A DNA stretch of 64,000 nucleotides from positions 736,001 to 800,000 of the forward strand of contig CAWIIB010000009.1 of assembly GCA_963836075.1 (NCBI GenBank). The letters run 5' to 3'. The number at the start of each line of letters is the position of its first letter. The stretch's first letter is position 1. The translations under genes and the position numbers were made by a program. The notes beneath the pieces were generated by a model, which saw only the letters and a list, made by a program, of their open reading frames with translations, was not told the origin of the DNA and made no database searches. The stretch is from an uncultured Acidobacteriota bacterium. Its GTDB lineage: Bacteria > Acidobacteriota > JAQAZP01. Below, piece by piece: positions 8,356-23,022 of the stretch.

Positions 8356-10836
8356 ATGAATCCATGCACAACCCGATTAATACTTATGCTTCCAATGCTG
8401 TTCCTGCTGCTGGCCGTCTCTACCCCTGACCTGCCGGCAGCCGTGATCCTCGTCCCGGCCGATCAGCCGACAATCCAGGATGGGATCGATGCCGCAGCAA
8501 ACGGGGATATCGTGGTGGTGGCTGACGGCACCTACACCGGCCCCGGCAACCGGGCTCTTGACTTCCACGGCAAGGCGATCACTGTTCGCTCGGCCAACGG
8601 CCCGGACACCTGTGTCATCGACGGCGAAGAGGAAGAGCGGATTTTTCACCTGCATTGCGGTGAGGACCGCCGCTCGGTGATCCGCGGTTTCACCATCACC
8701 AGGGGCGGGGTTGCCATGGGCGGCTCCATCTGGGAGAAGGGAGGCGGCATCTGGTGCACCGACAATGCTTCCCCCACCATCGAGGGCAATCGGATCCTGG
8801 ACAATCGTGGTTCCGGAATCTTCTGCGATGACGGAGCCGCCCCGCTGATTCGAGGCAACACCATCGACGGGAATTCACCCGAGTTTGGCGCCGGTATCGG
8901 TTGCGAGTCCTGTTCGCCCTTGATTATCAAAAACGTGATCAGCAACAACAGATCAGTCCCGGCATTCGGGGGGGGATGGGGCGGCGGCATTTACTGCAGC
9001 GATTCGGACGCCGTCATCGCCCACAACGTGATCAGAAACAACTTTGCCAATGAATATCCTTTTGAGCAATCGGGCAGGGGCGGCGGGGTGTACGGCAGCA
9101 ATTTCAACGGTCGGATCGAAGAAAACGTGATCATGGCCAATGAAGTTGTGGGAGTGGGAGGGGGGATTTTCCTGTCCGATTCGTCGCCGGAAATCGTCAA
9201 CAACATCATCCAGGACAACATCGTGCTGAAGAGCCCCACAACTTCACGGTTCCGGCCCCGTGGCGGCGGGATAATGATCGAATACCAGTCCGAACCGACA
9301 TTGATCAACAACACGATTGTGCGCAACGAGCTTGGCCCCCGGGGACAGGGCGGGGGGATCCACATCAGTGCCCACTTTACCTCCCCCTCCCCCACGGGGC
9401 CGCCCGGCTCGAGCGCGGGCGGAGACGGGAGGGAAACATCCGGCAACTCCGGGTATGCGGTCACGCTGCTCAACACCATTCTCCGCAGGAACAGCGCCGA
9501 GAGTGGCGAGCAGATCTTCATCACCAACGACTTCTCCCCCGACACCATCGCTCTGGACGCCAGCTACAGCAACGTTGAAGGCGGTGAGGCGGGGATTGTT
9601 GTGGAGCAGGGGGCCCAGCTCAACTGGGGCAGCGGCATGATCGAGGCCGATCCACTGTTCATCAGCGGCCCCGGCGGCGACTTCTTCCTTTCTCAGATCA
9701 GTGCCGGACAGGTCGCGGACAGCCCCTGTCTCGACGGGGGCGACCCGGGCCATGATCTTCTGTGGGGCGTCACCCGCACCGATGGGCGGCTCGACCGGGG
9801 AACGACGGACATGGGCTACCACCAACCAGGGATGCAGCGGCTGGTCACCGGGCCGGGCCCCTCACCCGACAATCCTCCGCTGGTCAGTGTCTTCCACCCA
9901 AGGCCGGACACCGTACCCGAATTCTCGTTCCAGGCCTACGGCGCTCCCCATTACGGGGTCAATGTGACCTGCGGCGACGTCACCGGCAACGGCTTTGACG
10001 AGATCATCACCGGCGCCGGCCCCGGAGCGATCTACGGGCCCCATGTCCGCGGATTCAGCGGGGCCGGAGAGCAACTGCCCGGCCTCGGTTTCCTGGCCTA
10101 CGGCACCCATAAATATGGTGTCAACGTGGCCTGCGGATATGTGGACGGCGACGAGTATGCCGAAATCATCACCGGAGCCGGCCCGGGCGCGGTCTTTGGC
10201 CCCCATGTTCGTGTCTGGAACTACGATGACCAGGGGGCGGTCACACCTGTTCCAAACGGCAGTTTCTTTGCCTACGGCACACCGGCCTGGGGCGTGAATG
10301 TCGCCGCCGGCGACCTTGATGGCGACGGGTACGACGAGATTGTCACCGGAGCCGGGCCCGGACCCATATTCGGACCTCACGTGCGCGGCTGGAACCTGGA
10401 TGGCGGCCCGCCCGCGCCCATGCCCGGCGTCAGTTTCATGGCCTATGGGTCGTACCGCTTTGGCGTCAACGTGGCCTGTGGTGATGTGGACGGCGACGGC
10501 ATCGACGAGATCATCACCGGCCCCGGCCCGTCCCCGGTTTTCAGCGCCCACATCCGAGGCTGGAAGGTGGACGGCGCTACCGCCTCTCCGGTTGACGGGA
10601 TCAACTTCATCGCCTGGTCGCAGGGGATGTACGGCGCCAGGGTATTCGCCGGCGCCGACCTGGACGATGACGGACGGGACGAGCTGGTGGTGAGCCGGGG
10701 CCCCGATCCCGACACCGGCTGCGAAGTAAAGGTCTTTCACTACGACAACGGGCAGACATCGCTCTGGTTCTCTCTGGATGCTTACTCCGGGCTCACTTCG
10801 GGGACCAATGCGGCAGGGGGGCTGTTCGAGCAGTGA
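8356..10836 (+). CDS. Secreted protein with right-handed parallel beta-helix and C-terminal FG-GAP-like propeller
   Basis: Signal peptide, VPADQPTIQ.GIDAA..GD, repeated GGGI/N-ladder motifs, then repeats of GDxDGDGxDEIITGxGPG...PHVR. Confidence 0.85.
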   Translation: MNPCTTRLILMLPMLFLLLAVSTPDLPAAVILVPADQPTIQDGIDAAANGDIVVVADGTYTGPGNRALDFHGKAITVRSANGPDTCVIDGEEEERIFHLHCGEDRRSVIRGFTITRGGVAMGGSIWEKGGGIWCTDNASPTIEGNRILDNRGSGIFCDDGAAPLIRGNTIDGNSPEFGAGIGCESCSPLIIKNVISNNRSVPAFGGGWGGGIYCSDSDAVIAHNVIRNNFANEYPFEQSGRGGGVYGSNFNGRIEENVIMANEVVGVGGGIFLSDSSPEIVNNIIQDNIVLKSPTTSRFRPRGGGIMIEYQSEPTLINNTIVRNELGPRGQGGGIHISAHFTSPSPTGPPGSSAGGDGRETSGNSGYAVTLLNTILRRNSAESGEQIFITNDFSPDTIALDASYSNVEGGEAGIVVEQGAQLNWGSGMIEADPLFISGPGGDFFLSQISAGQVADSPCLDGGDPGHDLLWGVTRTDGRLDRGTTDMGYHQPGMQRLVTGPGPSPDNPPLVSVFHPRPDTVPEFSFQAYGAPHYGVNVTCGDVTGNGFDEIITGAGPGAIYGPHVRGFSGAGEQLPGLGFLAYGTHKYGVNVACGYVDGDEYAEIITGAGPGAVFGPHVRVWNYDDQGAVTPVPNGSFFAYGTPAWGVNVAAGDLDGDGYDEIVTGAGPGPIFGPHVRGWNLDGGPPAPMPGVSFMAYGSYRFGVNVACGDVDGDGIDEIITGPGPSPVFSAHIRGWKVDGATASPVDGINFIAWSQGMYGARVFAGADLDDDGRDELVVSRGPDPDTGCEVKVFHYDNGQTSLWFSLDAYSGLTSGTNAAGGLFEQ

Positions 10837-10865
10837 TCGGATAAAACCCCAGGGTGAATTTCGCC

Positions 10866-10916
10866 AGGCTCCGACAGGGTATTGAAACAGAAACACCCGG
10901 TCGGAGCCTTTTCTTT
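10866..10916 (+). terminator. Probable intrinsic terminator
   Basis: AGGCTCCGAC...GTCGGAGCCT followed by TTTCTTT. Confidence 0.6.
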
Positions 10917-11030
10917 CCGCCGGGCCCTGTCCGCTGAAAATAAATCTTAAAAATCTCCTTCCTGTTCGTTATTGGGGGTCAGCACGGGATCAAGCGGATG
11001 AAAACAGAATGAACAATGGGGGATGGGACA

Positions 11031-14000
11031 ATGAAATGCTTGAACATCAAACAGATCGTCTGGGTAAGCCTGCTGATGCTTCTCTTTCTCCTGGCGCCGC
11101 GGACGGCGGCCGGGATGGAGCCCCGGGTCAGTTTCAACGAAGTGGCCCAGACCGCGGACCTGATTTTCATCGGCACCGTCGTCGATCAGGGATGCCGGCT
11201 CAACGACCGGCAGACCATGGTCTTCACCGACGTGTTCTTCGACGATATCTCCATCCTGCACGCTACGGTCGGGGCGGTGCAGAAAGAAAACAGCATGATC
11301 ACCCTCACCTACGCCGGGGGCTTCGTCGAAGGATACGGCGTCACGGTGAGCGGCACGCCGAAGTTGGAGACCGATCAGCGCTACCTCATCTTCACCCGTG
11401 ACGATGGTTTGGTCTACGCCAACCCCATCGTGGGGGGATCCCAGGGCCTGTTCAGGATCATCGAGGACCTGGAGACCGGTGAGGAGCATGTGCTGGCCGC
11501 AGGGGACCGGGCCGTGACCGGTTTCAGTGGTGACTCGATCACCACGGGCTCCGATCGTGTCCTGGCCATCGAGAGCGGGAAGCTCTATACGGAAATCCCG
11601 TCAAACACCGTGACGCTGGAGTCGCCGCCCATAAGCTCCAAGCCCGGCTCATCGGCCCGGATCTCAAATTACAGAGACTCCGAGGCCAGACCTCTTCCAC
11701 TTTCCCGGTTCATCCGCCACCTCGAGGGAAAAGCTCTTACTGCCCCGTTGGGCCACCGCGTTCTTCGGCAAGGGAGTGAGGGCAAGTTCTATCGAGGCCA
11801 CGGTCAGAAGATGGAAGCGGAAAATCTGCAGCCGGCCGACCCTTCCAGCCTTACGACATTGAAAGAGATTCGTCAAAAATACCATGATCAGCCCCGTGTC
11901 CCCCTGGCCGGGGAGATCTTCGAGCCCGCCTCCAGGGGAGAGCGGAGAACCGATTCCACCGATGATGGTGACCTGTGCTATTGCGGTTTTCAGGGCCCCT
12001 ACCTCGAGATGGAACAGGTTGCCGAGACCTCCTGGGCGTTCAGCATACAGAACTATGCCATGTGGTCCTACAATGAACTTGTCGACCTCTACCGCTATTT
12101 CCCGGACGACGGCGGCTTCGGCATCAACTTTGAGAGTGAATTCATCGGCTGGGCCAGCGACGCACTGATGGATGACGTCTACGGATTCAACTGGAATGGC
12201 TACCTGGCCGTCTGCATCAATTGGTTTACCTGGGTCTGTTCCGAGATCGTCGAATCAGACATCGCCTACAACCCGGCCTACGGCTGGACCGACGATCCCG
12301 AGTATTCATACACCCACTCAAACGCTCATCTGCTCCTTCCAACCACTATGCACGAGCTGGGCCACTCCTGGGGGGCACTGACCGGCACCTGCGACGAGAC
12401 CTATTCCTACATTCACCCCACGGTAATGCATGCCGAGCATGATGTCATCGAGGACGGGAAAGGCATCCATATGATCGATGCCGGGGTGATGCGGTTAATC
12501 TACCCGGATGTCGTGGAACCCTCTACCATGGATATTGGCGTGGAATCCTACTATGCGGCGGGCGACCTCAATAATTCCACCACCGATCAGGACGATTACT
12601 ACCCGGGAGATTCCATCTCGCTCTACAACGTGACCACTGAGAACATGACCAGTTTTGCCCTCAACGACGTACGGATCCGCTTCTTCCTCTCTCCGGACAC
12701 CACCATCACCACGGCCGACTATCAGCTGGGCAACGATGCCTTCTGGAACTGGCCTTTTTTCCCCGAAAATAGTTACAGCGTGCTTGACTACCATACGACG
12801 ATTCCCTCCTCGGTGCCGGCCGGCAGCTACTATATCGGCGCCATGGTGAGCATCAATGGTTTTTCCAGTGATCACTTCACCGACAACAACATCACCCGTT
12901 TCAGGGATCCAATCAATGTCATCGTCGATCTCCCAGCTGCGCCGACCAACGTCCAAGCCACTGACGCTGCTTACTGCGACAGGGTGCTGGTCAACTGGGA
13001 CACTTCGGCCGGCGCCAGCGAATACCGGGTCATTCGGAACGGGTACACGGTCAGCGACTGGCAGTCGGGAACGACCTTCGAGGACGATTCCGCTGTGGCG
13101 GGCTGGGTCTACTCCTACGCGGTGAAGGCCAGAAACAGCGGCGGCGAAAGCGGATATTCCGCTGCCGATGCGGGATCGATCAACACCGTGCCTCCCGGGC
13201 CCACCGGCGTCAGCGCCTCTGACGGCACTTACGACTATGGCGTGCGGATCACCTGGAACGAAGTTGAAAACGCTGAAGACTACCATGTGATCCGCGACAT
13301 GGCTCTGCTTTCAGACTGGATGCCGGGCACTGAATTCATTGACACCAGTGCAGAGCCGGGAGTGGTCTACATCTACAACGTCTGGTCGCGCAACGCGTGC
13401 GGAGAGGGCGGATTCAGCAGCCCGGACGAGGGATACGCCCCGGTCGAATCAACCGGCATATTCGCTTCACCGGTGGGTTATCCCACCGGTGACAGCTCCC
13501 GTTGCGTGGCCATCGGCGACCTCGACGGTGACGGATCCACTGACCTGATCGCGGCAAACTATTCCAGCAATGACATATCCGTGATTCTCGGTCTTGGTGA
13601 CGGCACTTTTTCCGCGGCAACAAGCTACTCCGTCGGCACTTCTCCGGCATCGGTGGCGATCGGCGATCTCAACAACGATGGGTCACTCGACCTGGTGTCG
13701 GCAAACCAGGGGGATGATTCGGTTGCGGTGCTGCTCGGTAGTGGCGACGGTTCATTTTCCGCGGCCCAGTTCTTTCCCGTGGGGGATGAACCCTGGTCCG
13801 TGGTGCTCGCCGACCTGAACGGGGACACGCTCCCCGACGTTGCGGTGACCAACTCCGGCAGCAACAGCGTCTCGGGTACTCCTGGGACTGGGCAACGGAA
13901 CATTGGCCTCCGCTGTCTCTCACGTCGTGGGCACGGAGCCGATGGGCATCGCCGCCAGCGATCTCGATGGCGACATGGTCCCCGACCTGGCCGTGACGAA

Positions 14001-14869
14001 CAAAATGACCGGCAACGTGTCCGTTCTGCTGGGGCTCGGCGATGGAACGTTTTCCGCCGCGGTGAGCTACGCCGCCGGGACCAGGCCTCATGGCCTGGCG
14101 ATCGGCGACATGGACGGTGACACCATCCCCGACCTGGTAACCGCAAACAGCGGCACGGACACTGTTTCAGGTACTGCCCGGTCTCGGCGGCGGGACATTT
14201 GCGGCCGCGGAGCAATTTCCGGTGGGTGCGTTTCCCACATCGGTCAGCATCAACGATCTGAACGGGGATGCGCTGCCCGATCTGGTGGTGACGAACTACA
14301 ATGCCGGCACCATTACACTGCTGACAGGAACCGGCGATGGCAGCCTGGTTTTCGAAGCCGACTATCCCGTCGGCGATGAACCTGCCTGGGTGGCGAGTGG
14401 ATTTCTGGACGCCAACTACTCTCCTGACCTGGCCGTGGCAAAGAACGGTGACGGGGACATCTCGGTGCTGCTCAACCGGAACGTCTTCCCACCACCGTCC
14501 ACGATCTCGGCAACCTACAACTGCACCCCGTCCACCGGCACAGTGCCCTTCACCACCAGCATGCTGGTGCAGATGGTCAATCTCGAGCCAACCCGCCCGG
14601 CAACCCGGATCGCCGCGCGGATCGACGTGGTACTGGCCAGCGGCACCAGCTACTCTAGTTGGCGCCAGGGATATACCAACGTGAGCCAGGGCAGCCAATA
14701 CAGCCTGAGCTGGGGGCAGACGCTACCGGTCTTCGGTTCGGTGATCGGAAACAACATTTTCACCATGAGCGCCGAGGATGTCACGCCCTCTCCGTACAAC
14801 CAGCCGCCCTATCCCCCGGCAGGCGATACGGTAACGGAAATGTGCGTAGTGACGGCAAACGAACCGTAA
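11031..14869 (+). CDS. Large secreted zinc-metalloprotease-like protein with FN3 and FG-GAP/VCBS repeats and the PYNQPPYPP C-terminal domain (two +1 frameshifts at ~13875 and ~14170)
   Basis: Signal peptide, HELGH, two FN3-like repeats (APTNVQATD, GPTGVSASD), DLDGDG..DL repeats continuing through ORFs 13903 and 14222 once one G is removed at each site. Confidence 0.8.
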
Positions 14870-15027
14870 AGAACTCGATTCGACAGATCCCGGGCCTCAC
14901 GCCGGCTGCCGCTCCTCCCCCTCGAGCGGTGCGGGCGTGGGGCCCTTCGCTCTCCTGCCCTGGCTCAAACATCCTGTTACACTGTGACTCCTCACCCCCC
15001 AGTGCCTTGACCACCAGCAGCGCTTCA

Positions 15028-15056
15028 TTGACAAGTTCGAGAGAGCCACCTATATA
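15028..15056 (+). promoter_or_regulatory. Sigma70-type promoter of the TPR-CHAT gene
   Basis: TTGACA-N17-TATATA. Confidence 0.65.
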
Positions 15057-15129
15057 TATGTAATATTGGAAATTGCCTCTTGATCCACATATCAGAACAG
15101 GAAACGTTCGAACACACCGGATTACTGGA

Positions 15130-18100
15130 ATGGTCACTTCTGGTCGACAAGGTTCGACGGCCCTCTCCCTTCTGGCCTTCGCCTGTCTTTTCCTACCCGT
15201 CTCCCTCGTGACACCGGCCCAGGGGCAATCAGGTGAGCACGTGGAAAAAACCGCACCGGCCGTCGAAACAGAACAGCGGCCGGTCCTGCCGGCCGATTCA
15301 GCGGAACAGGTCAAGGAACTGACGGCACGTATCGAGGAGCTGACGAAGACGGGAACCGAAGAGTCGCTCGCCGAGGCGCTGACCCATGCCGAGGAAATCC
15401 TGGCCCTTCGGCTGAAGCACCAGGGGCCGGCTGCCGGCTGGATGACGGCCACAGGTGAACCGGCCGAGTGGTACGAGGTGGGAGACGCGCGGCGTGAGGT
15501 CGAGGATCTCGAGTTGAGGATCGGGTTGGATCTCGAATCGCGGGCCCGGCTGTCCGAGGCCGACGCCGCCGAGGAGTCGCTGGACGAACTTCGCCGGCAG
15601 GGAAAACGCGACGAAGCACTGGAACTGGCCAAGGCGCAACTGGCCACCTACCGCGAACTGCTGGGCGAGGAGCACCTGAACACGGCGGACGGCCTGGCCA
15701 ATGTCGGGAAAATGCTGTCTTCGAAAGGCGACTATTCCGAGGCCGAGCCGTATTACCGGGACTCCCTGGCCCTGAACCGCCGGTTGCTGGGCGACGATCA
15801 TCCGGCTGTGGCCACCAGCATGAACAACCTGGCCATCCTGGTGAAAAGGATGGGGCAGTACGACGAGGCCGAGACGCTGTACCGCGAAGCGCTGGTCACG
15901 ATGCGCCGGCTGCTCGGCGAGAGGGACCTGGAGGTGGCCAGCACCCTGAACAACCTTGCCCAACTGCTCAGGGTAACCGGCGATTACACCGCCGCGGAAC
16001 CCCTCTACCGGGAATCGCTGGCCATTCGCCGGGAACGGCTGGGCAACGAGCACCTGAAGGTGGCCGCGAGCCTGACCAACCTGGCCGGGTTGCTGGTGGG
16101 GAAGGGGGAGTATGCCAGGGCCGAGGCGCTGGCCCGCGAAGCCCTGGCCATCCGGCGCAGCCAGCTGGGTGACCATCACACCGACGTGGCAGGGAGTCTG
16201 GACACTCTGGGACTGATATTGAAGAGGGCCGGGGACTACGACGCGGCCGAACCGATGTCTCGCGAAGCCCTGGCCATCCGGCGGGCATTGCTGGGCAATG
16301 AACACCCGCAGGTGGCTTTGAGCCTGTTCAACCTGGCGGCTCTATTGGAAAAAAAAGGTGATTACGACGAGGCGGAAGTCCTGCTCCGCGAAGCCCTGGC
16401 CATCAATCGCCAGCGTTTTGGCCCCCGGCATCCCAGCGTGGCCGCCAACCTGACCAATTTGGGAAGGATTGCCGAAGCCAGGGGCAAGTATGCGGCAGCG
16501 GAGTTGATGCTCCTCGAAGCACTGGCGATCCAGCGCGAGTTCTACGGCGATGAGCATCGGCACGTGGCCACCAGCTTGAGCGCTCTGGCCGGAGTACTGG
16601 AGAGCAAGGGGGACTACGCGGCTTCCGAATCGCTCTGCCGCGAGGCGCTGGCCATGCGCCGCAAGCTGCTGGGCGACGAACATCAGCTTGTGGCCGTCAG
16701 TCTGAACAACCTGGCACTGTTGCTGGAGAATAAGGGCGACCACGATACGGCCGAGTTCATTCAGCGTGAAGCGCTGGCAATCAATCGAAAAATACTGGGT
16801 GATGAACATGCGGAAGTCGCCACCTGCCTGCAAAACCTGGGCCGCATACTGTCTTCACAGGGCGACTTTGCGACGACCGAGCAGCTGTATCGGGAGGCAC
16901 TGTCGATGCGTCGCCACCTGCTCGGAGATCAGCACCCGGTGGTGGCCGCCAACTTATTCGTTTTGGCATCATTTCTGAGGCTCAGGGGAGACTTTGCGGC
17001 CGCAGAGCCGATGTGTCGCCAAGCGCTGGCCATGCACCGCCGGCTGCAGGGTGATGATCATCCGGAGGTGATCCTCACCATGAACGGCCTGGCCAGATTG
17101 CTCTACGACCGGGGAGATTTCGCTGCAGCCGAAGAATATTGGGCCGCGGCGTCGGACAGATTCGAGACGGCCCGGCTGCGCATCGGCTACGGCGGCCTGG
17201 CACGGGTGCAGTTCACTAAACGGCATTCACCGCTGAGATCCCTGGCGGCGTGCCAGGCCCGCAACGGAAAAATATCTGAAGCATGGAAGGCCCTGGAATC
17301 CGGCCTGGCCCGGGGGCTGCTGGATATGGTGTCGGCAAGGGAGGCCCGCCCGCTGGAGCCATCTGAAAGAACTCGCGAACAGGCCCTGATCAACCGGATG
17401 ATCATCCTTGACGAGCGGATCGGTTCCCTGTCGGCCACTGCGGCAGAGTCCGAGGAAATCCGGTCCCGGCTCGATGCGCTCCGCAATGAACAAGAAATTC
17501 TTCAGGCGGAACTGATCCAGTTCGAGACGAAGATGACTGCCAAATATGGCGCAGCAGCCGGGGAGGTCTACGAACTGCCGCGCATCCAGGCGCAGATGAG
17601 CAGCGATTCGGCACTGTTGGCCTGGGTGGACATCAAGGGAAATCCTCTTTCGGTGAATCCCGGTGGTGAGCACTGGGCCTGCCTGGTCAAAAAGCATGGC
17701 GCACCGATCTGGATCCGGCTTCCGGGAAGTGGAAAGAACGGGACGTGGACAGATGCAGACGATGAAGCACCCGATCAGGTCCGCCAAGCGATGTCCGAGA
17801 ACTCCCGCGAGAAATCGATGCAGCGGAAAGAGCATCTTGTCCGCAGGCTTCTCGCTCAGCGGCTCGCACCGCTTGAGCCGCACCTGGCCGGCATCCACCA
17901 CCTGATTGTATTGCCGGCCGGCAGAATGGCCGGTATCCCCCTGGAAGTGCTGACCGACGACTACACGGTCAGTTACGCACCCTCGGGCACGATATATGCC
18001 TGGCTGAAAGAAAAGAAGCGGAAGCCGGGCCAGCGGCGGTCCGCAGCGACAGGCCCTCCATCACTGCTCGCTGTGGGTGATCCGATCTTCTCCAGCCCGG

Positions 18101-18969
18101 ATGAACCACGGGAGCCCGCCGCCCCAGGTGTAACGCCCTCCCGCCAACTTCTGAATGAAAAGATGTCCACGTTGCGCGGCCAATCATTCGCACCGTTGCC
18201 TGCGTCGCGCCAGGAGGTGGAAGCAATTGCCGCATTGTTTTATCGCCCGGAAGAGGAGACCCGGCCGACCATCCTGCTCGGTTCCGGGGCAAGCGAACAA
18301 CGGCTCGATGCCCTGGCCCAATCAGACGAGCTGAAAATGTTTCGCTATCTCCACCTGGCCACCCATGGTGTGATGGACGACCGGAGAGCAATGAACTCGG
18401 CGATGATCCTCACCAGTGGCAGCCGGGCCGACTCAGTCGAGCAGGCCGTGGCCGGGCAGGAGATCTTCGACGGCCGTCTGACCGCCGGTCAAATCGTCCG
18501 AACCTGGAAGCTCGATGCCGACCTGGTGACCTTGAGCGGCTGTGGAACGGCGCTGGGCCGGAAGTCGGGCGGGGAAGGTTTCCTTGGTTTCTCACAGGCA
18601 CTGTTCGTTGCAGGTTCGCAAAGCCTGCTGCTCAGCCTGTGGAAGGTGGACGACCGGGCGACCATGCTGCTGATGACCAGGTTCTACGAGAACATTCTGG
18701 GGATACACGATCAGCCGCGCCTCATCCCGGGCGGCTCCGAATATCCTGCCGGGGTGCCGTTGCCCAAGGCCGAAGCCCTGCGCGAGGCAAAGACCTGGCT
18801 CCGCACCCTGACTGTTGATCAACTGCGGACCCTGGAGGCGAACCGTGGCGATCGGCAAACCACCGACGCCGCTTCGGGACCGACCACAACAGGCGAATCC
18901 AGCCATTTTCGCCCATATCAGGATCCGCAGTACTGGGCTTCATTCATCCTGATCGGCAACCCGGATTGA
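15130..18969 (+). CDS. TPR-repeat CHAT (caspase-like) protease with N-terminal signal-like segment
   Basis: About 12 42-aa kinesin-light-chain-type TPRs (G.xH..VA..L.NLA); catalytic HLATHG and LSGCGT; C-terminal YWASFILIG. Confidence 0.92.
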   Translation: MVTSGRQGSTALSLLAFACLFLPVSLVTPAQGQSGEHVEKTAPAVETEQRPVLPADSAEQVKELTARIEELTKTGTEESLAEALTHAEEILALRLKHQGPAAGWMTATGEPAEWYEVGDARREVEDLELRIGLDLESRARLSEADAAEESLDELRRQGKRDEALELAKAQLATYRELLGEEHLNTADGLANVGKMLSSKGDYSEAEPYYRDSLALNRRLLGDDHPAVATSMNNLAILVKRMGQYDEAETLYREALVTMRRLLGERDLEVASTLNNLAQLLRVTGDYTAAEPLYRESLAIRRERLGNEHLKVAASLTNLAGLLVGKGEYARAEALAREALAIRRSQLGDHHTDVAGSLDTLGLILKRAGDYDAAEPMSREALAIRRALLGNEHPQVALSLFNLAALLEKKGDYDEAEVLLREALAINRQRFGPRHPSVAANLTNLGRIAEARGKYAAAELMLLEALAIQREFYGDEHRHVATSLSALAGVLESKGDYAASESLCREALAMRRKLLGDEHQLVAVSLNNLALLLENKGDHDTAEFIQREALAINRKILGDEHAEVATCLQNLGRILSSQGDFATTEQLYREALSMRRHLLGDQHPVVAANLFVLASFLRLRGDFAAAEPMCRQALAMHRRLQGDDHPEVILTMNGLARLLYDRGDFAAAEEYWAAASDRFETARLRIGYGGLARVQFTKRHSPLRSLAACQARNGKISEAWKALESGLARGLLDMVSAREARPLEPSERTREQALINRMIILDERIGSLSATAAESEEIRSRLDALRNEQEILQAELIQFETKMTAKYGAAAGEVYELPRIQAQMSSDSALLAWVDIKGNPLSVNPGGEHWACLVKKHGAPIWIRLPGSGKNGTWTDADDEAPDQVRQAMSENSREKSMQRKEHLVRRLLAQRLAPLEPHLAGIHHLIVLPAGRMAGIPLEVLTDDYTVSYAPSGTIYAWLKEKKRKPGQRRSAATGPPSLLAVGDPIFSSPDEPREPAAPGVTPSRQLLNEKMSTLRGQSFAPLPASRQEVEAIAALFYRPEEETRPTILLGSGASEQRLDALAQSDELKMFRYLHLATHGVMDDRRAMNSAMILTSGSRADSVEQAVAGQEIFDGRLTAGQIVRTWKLDADLVTLSGCGTALGRKSGGEGFLGFSQALFVAGSQSLLLSLWKVDDRATMLLMTRFYENILGIHDQPRLIPGGSEYPAGVPLPKAEALREAKTWLRTLTVDQLRTLEANRGDRQTTDAASGPTTTGESSHFRPYQDPQYWASFILIGNPD

Positions 18970-18982
18970 ACCTGATAACACC

Positions 18983-22807
<3,825 letters not shown>

Positions 22808-22822
22808 GGGTCAGTTTTCAGT

Positions 22823-23014
22823 TGTCATCGCGAGAAGCCCAGCACATGTCATCGCGAGGAGCCGCAGGCGACGCGGCGATCTCCTCGGATGTCTTTCCGG
22901 TTCAATGAGAATGCTTCGTCGCAGTCTTCGACGGCTCCTGCAATGACAGCGAAAGAACGATTGTTCCTTCCGCTGACTTCCCGCGGCCCCGCGGGTCGAG
23001 GGCTCGCAATGACA
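22823..23014. repeat. Nested palindromic REP/MITE-like element, TGTCATCGCGAG...CTCGCAATGACA family, copy 1
   Basis: Terminal inverted repeats and internal hairpins; similar to 51050-51223. Confidence 0.75.
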
Positions 23015-23022
23015 GGTCGTCC

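Noticed and set aside
15130-18969. Type III-E CRISPR (Craspase) system
   Set aside because: No Cas7-11, other cas genes or repeat-spacer array in the window; the 126-nt periodicity is TPR coding sequence
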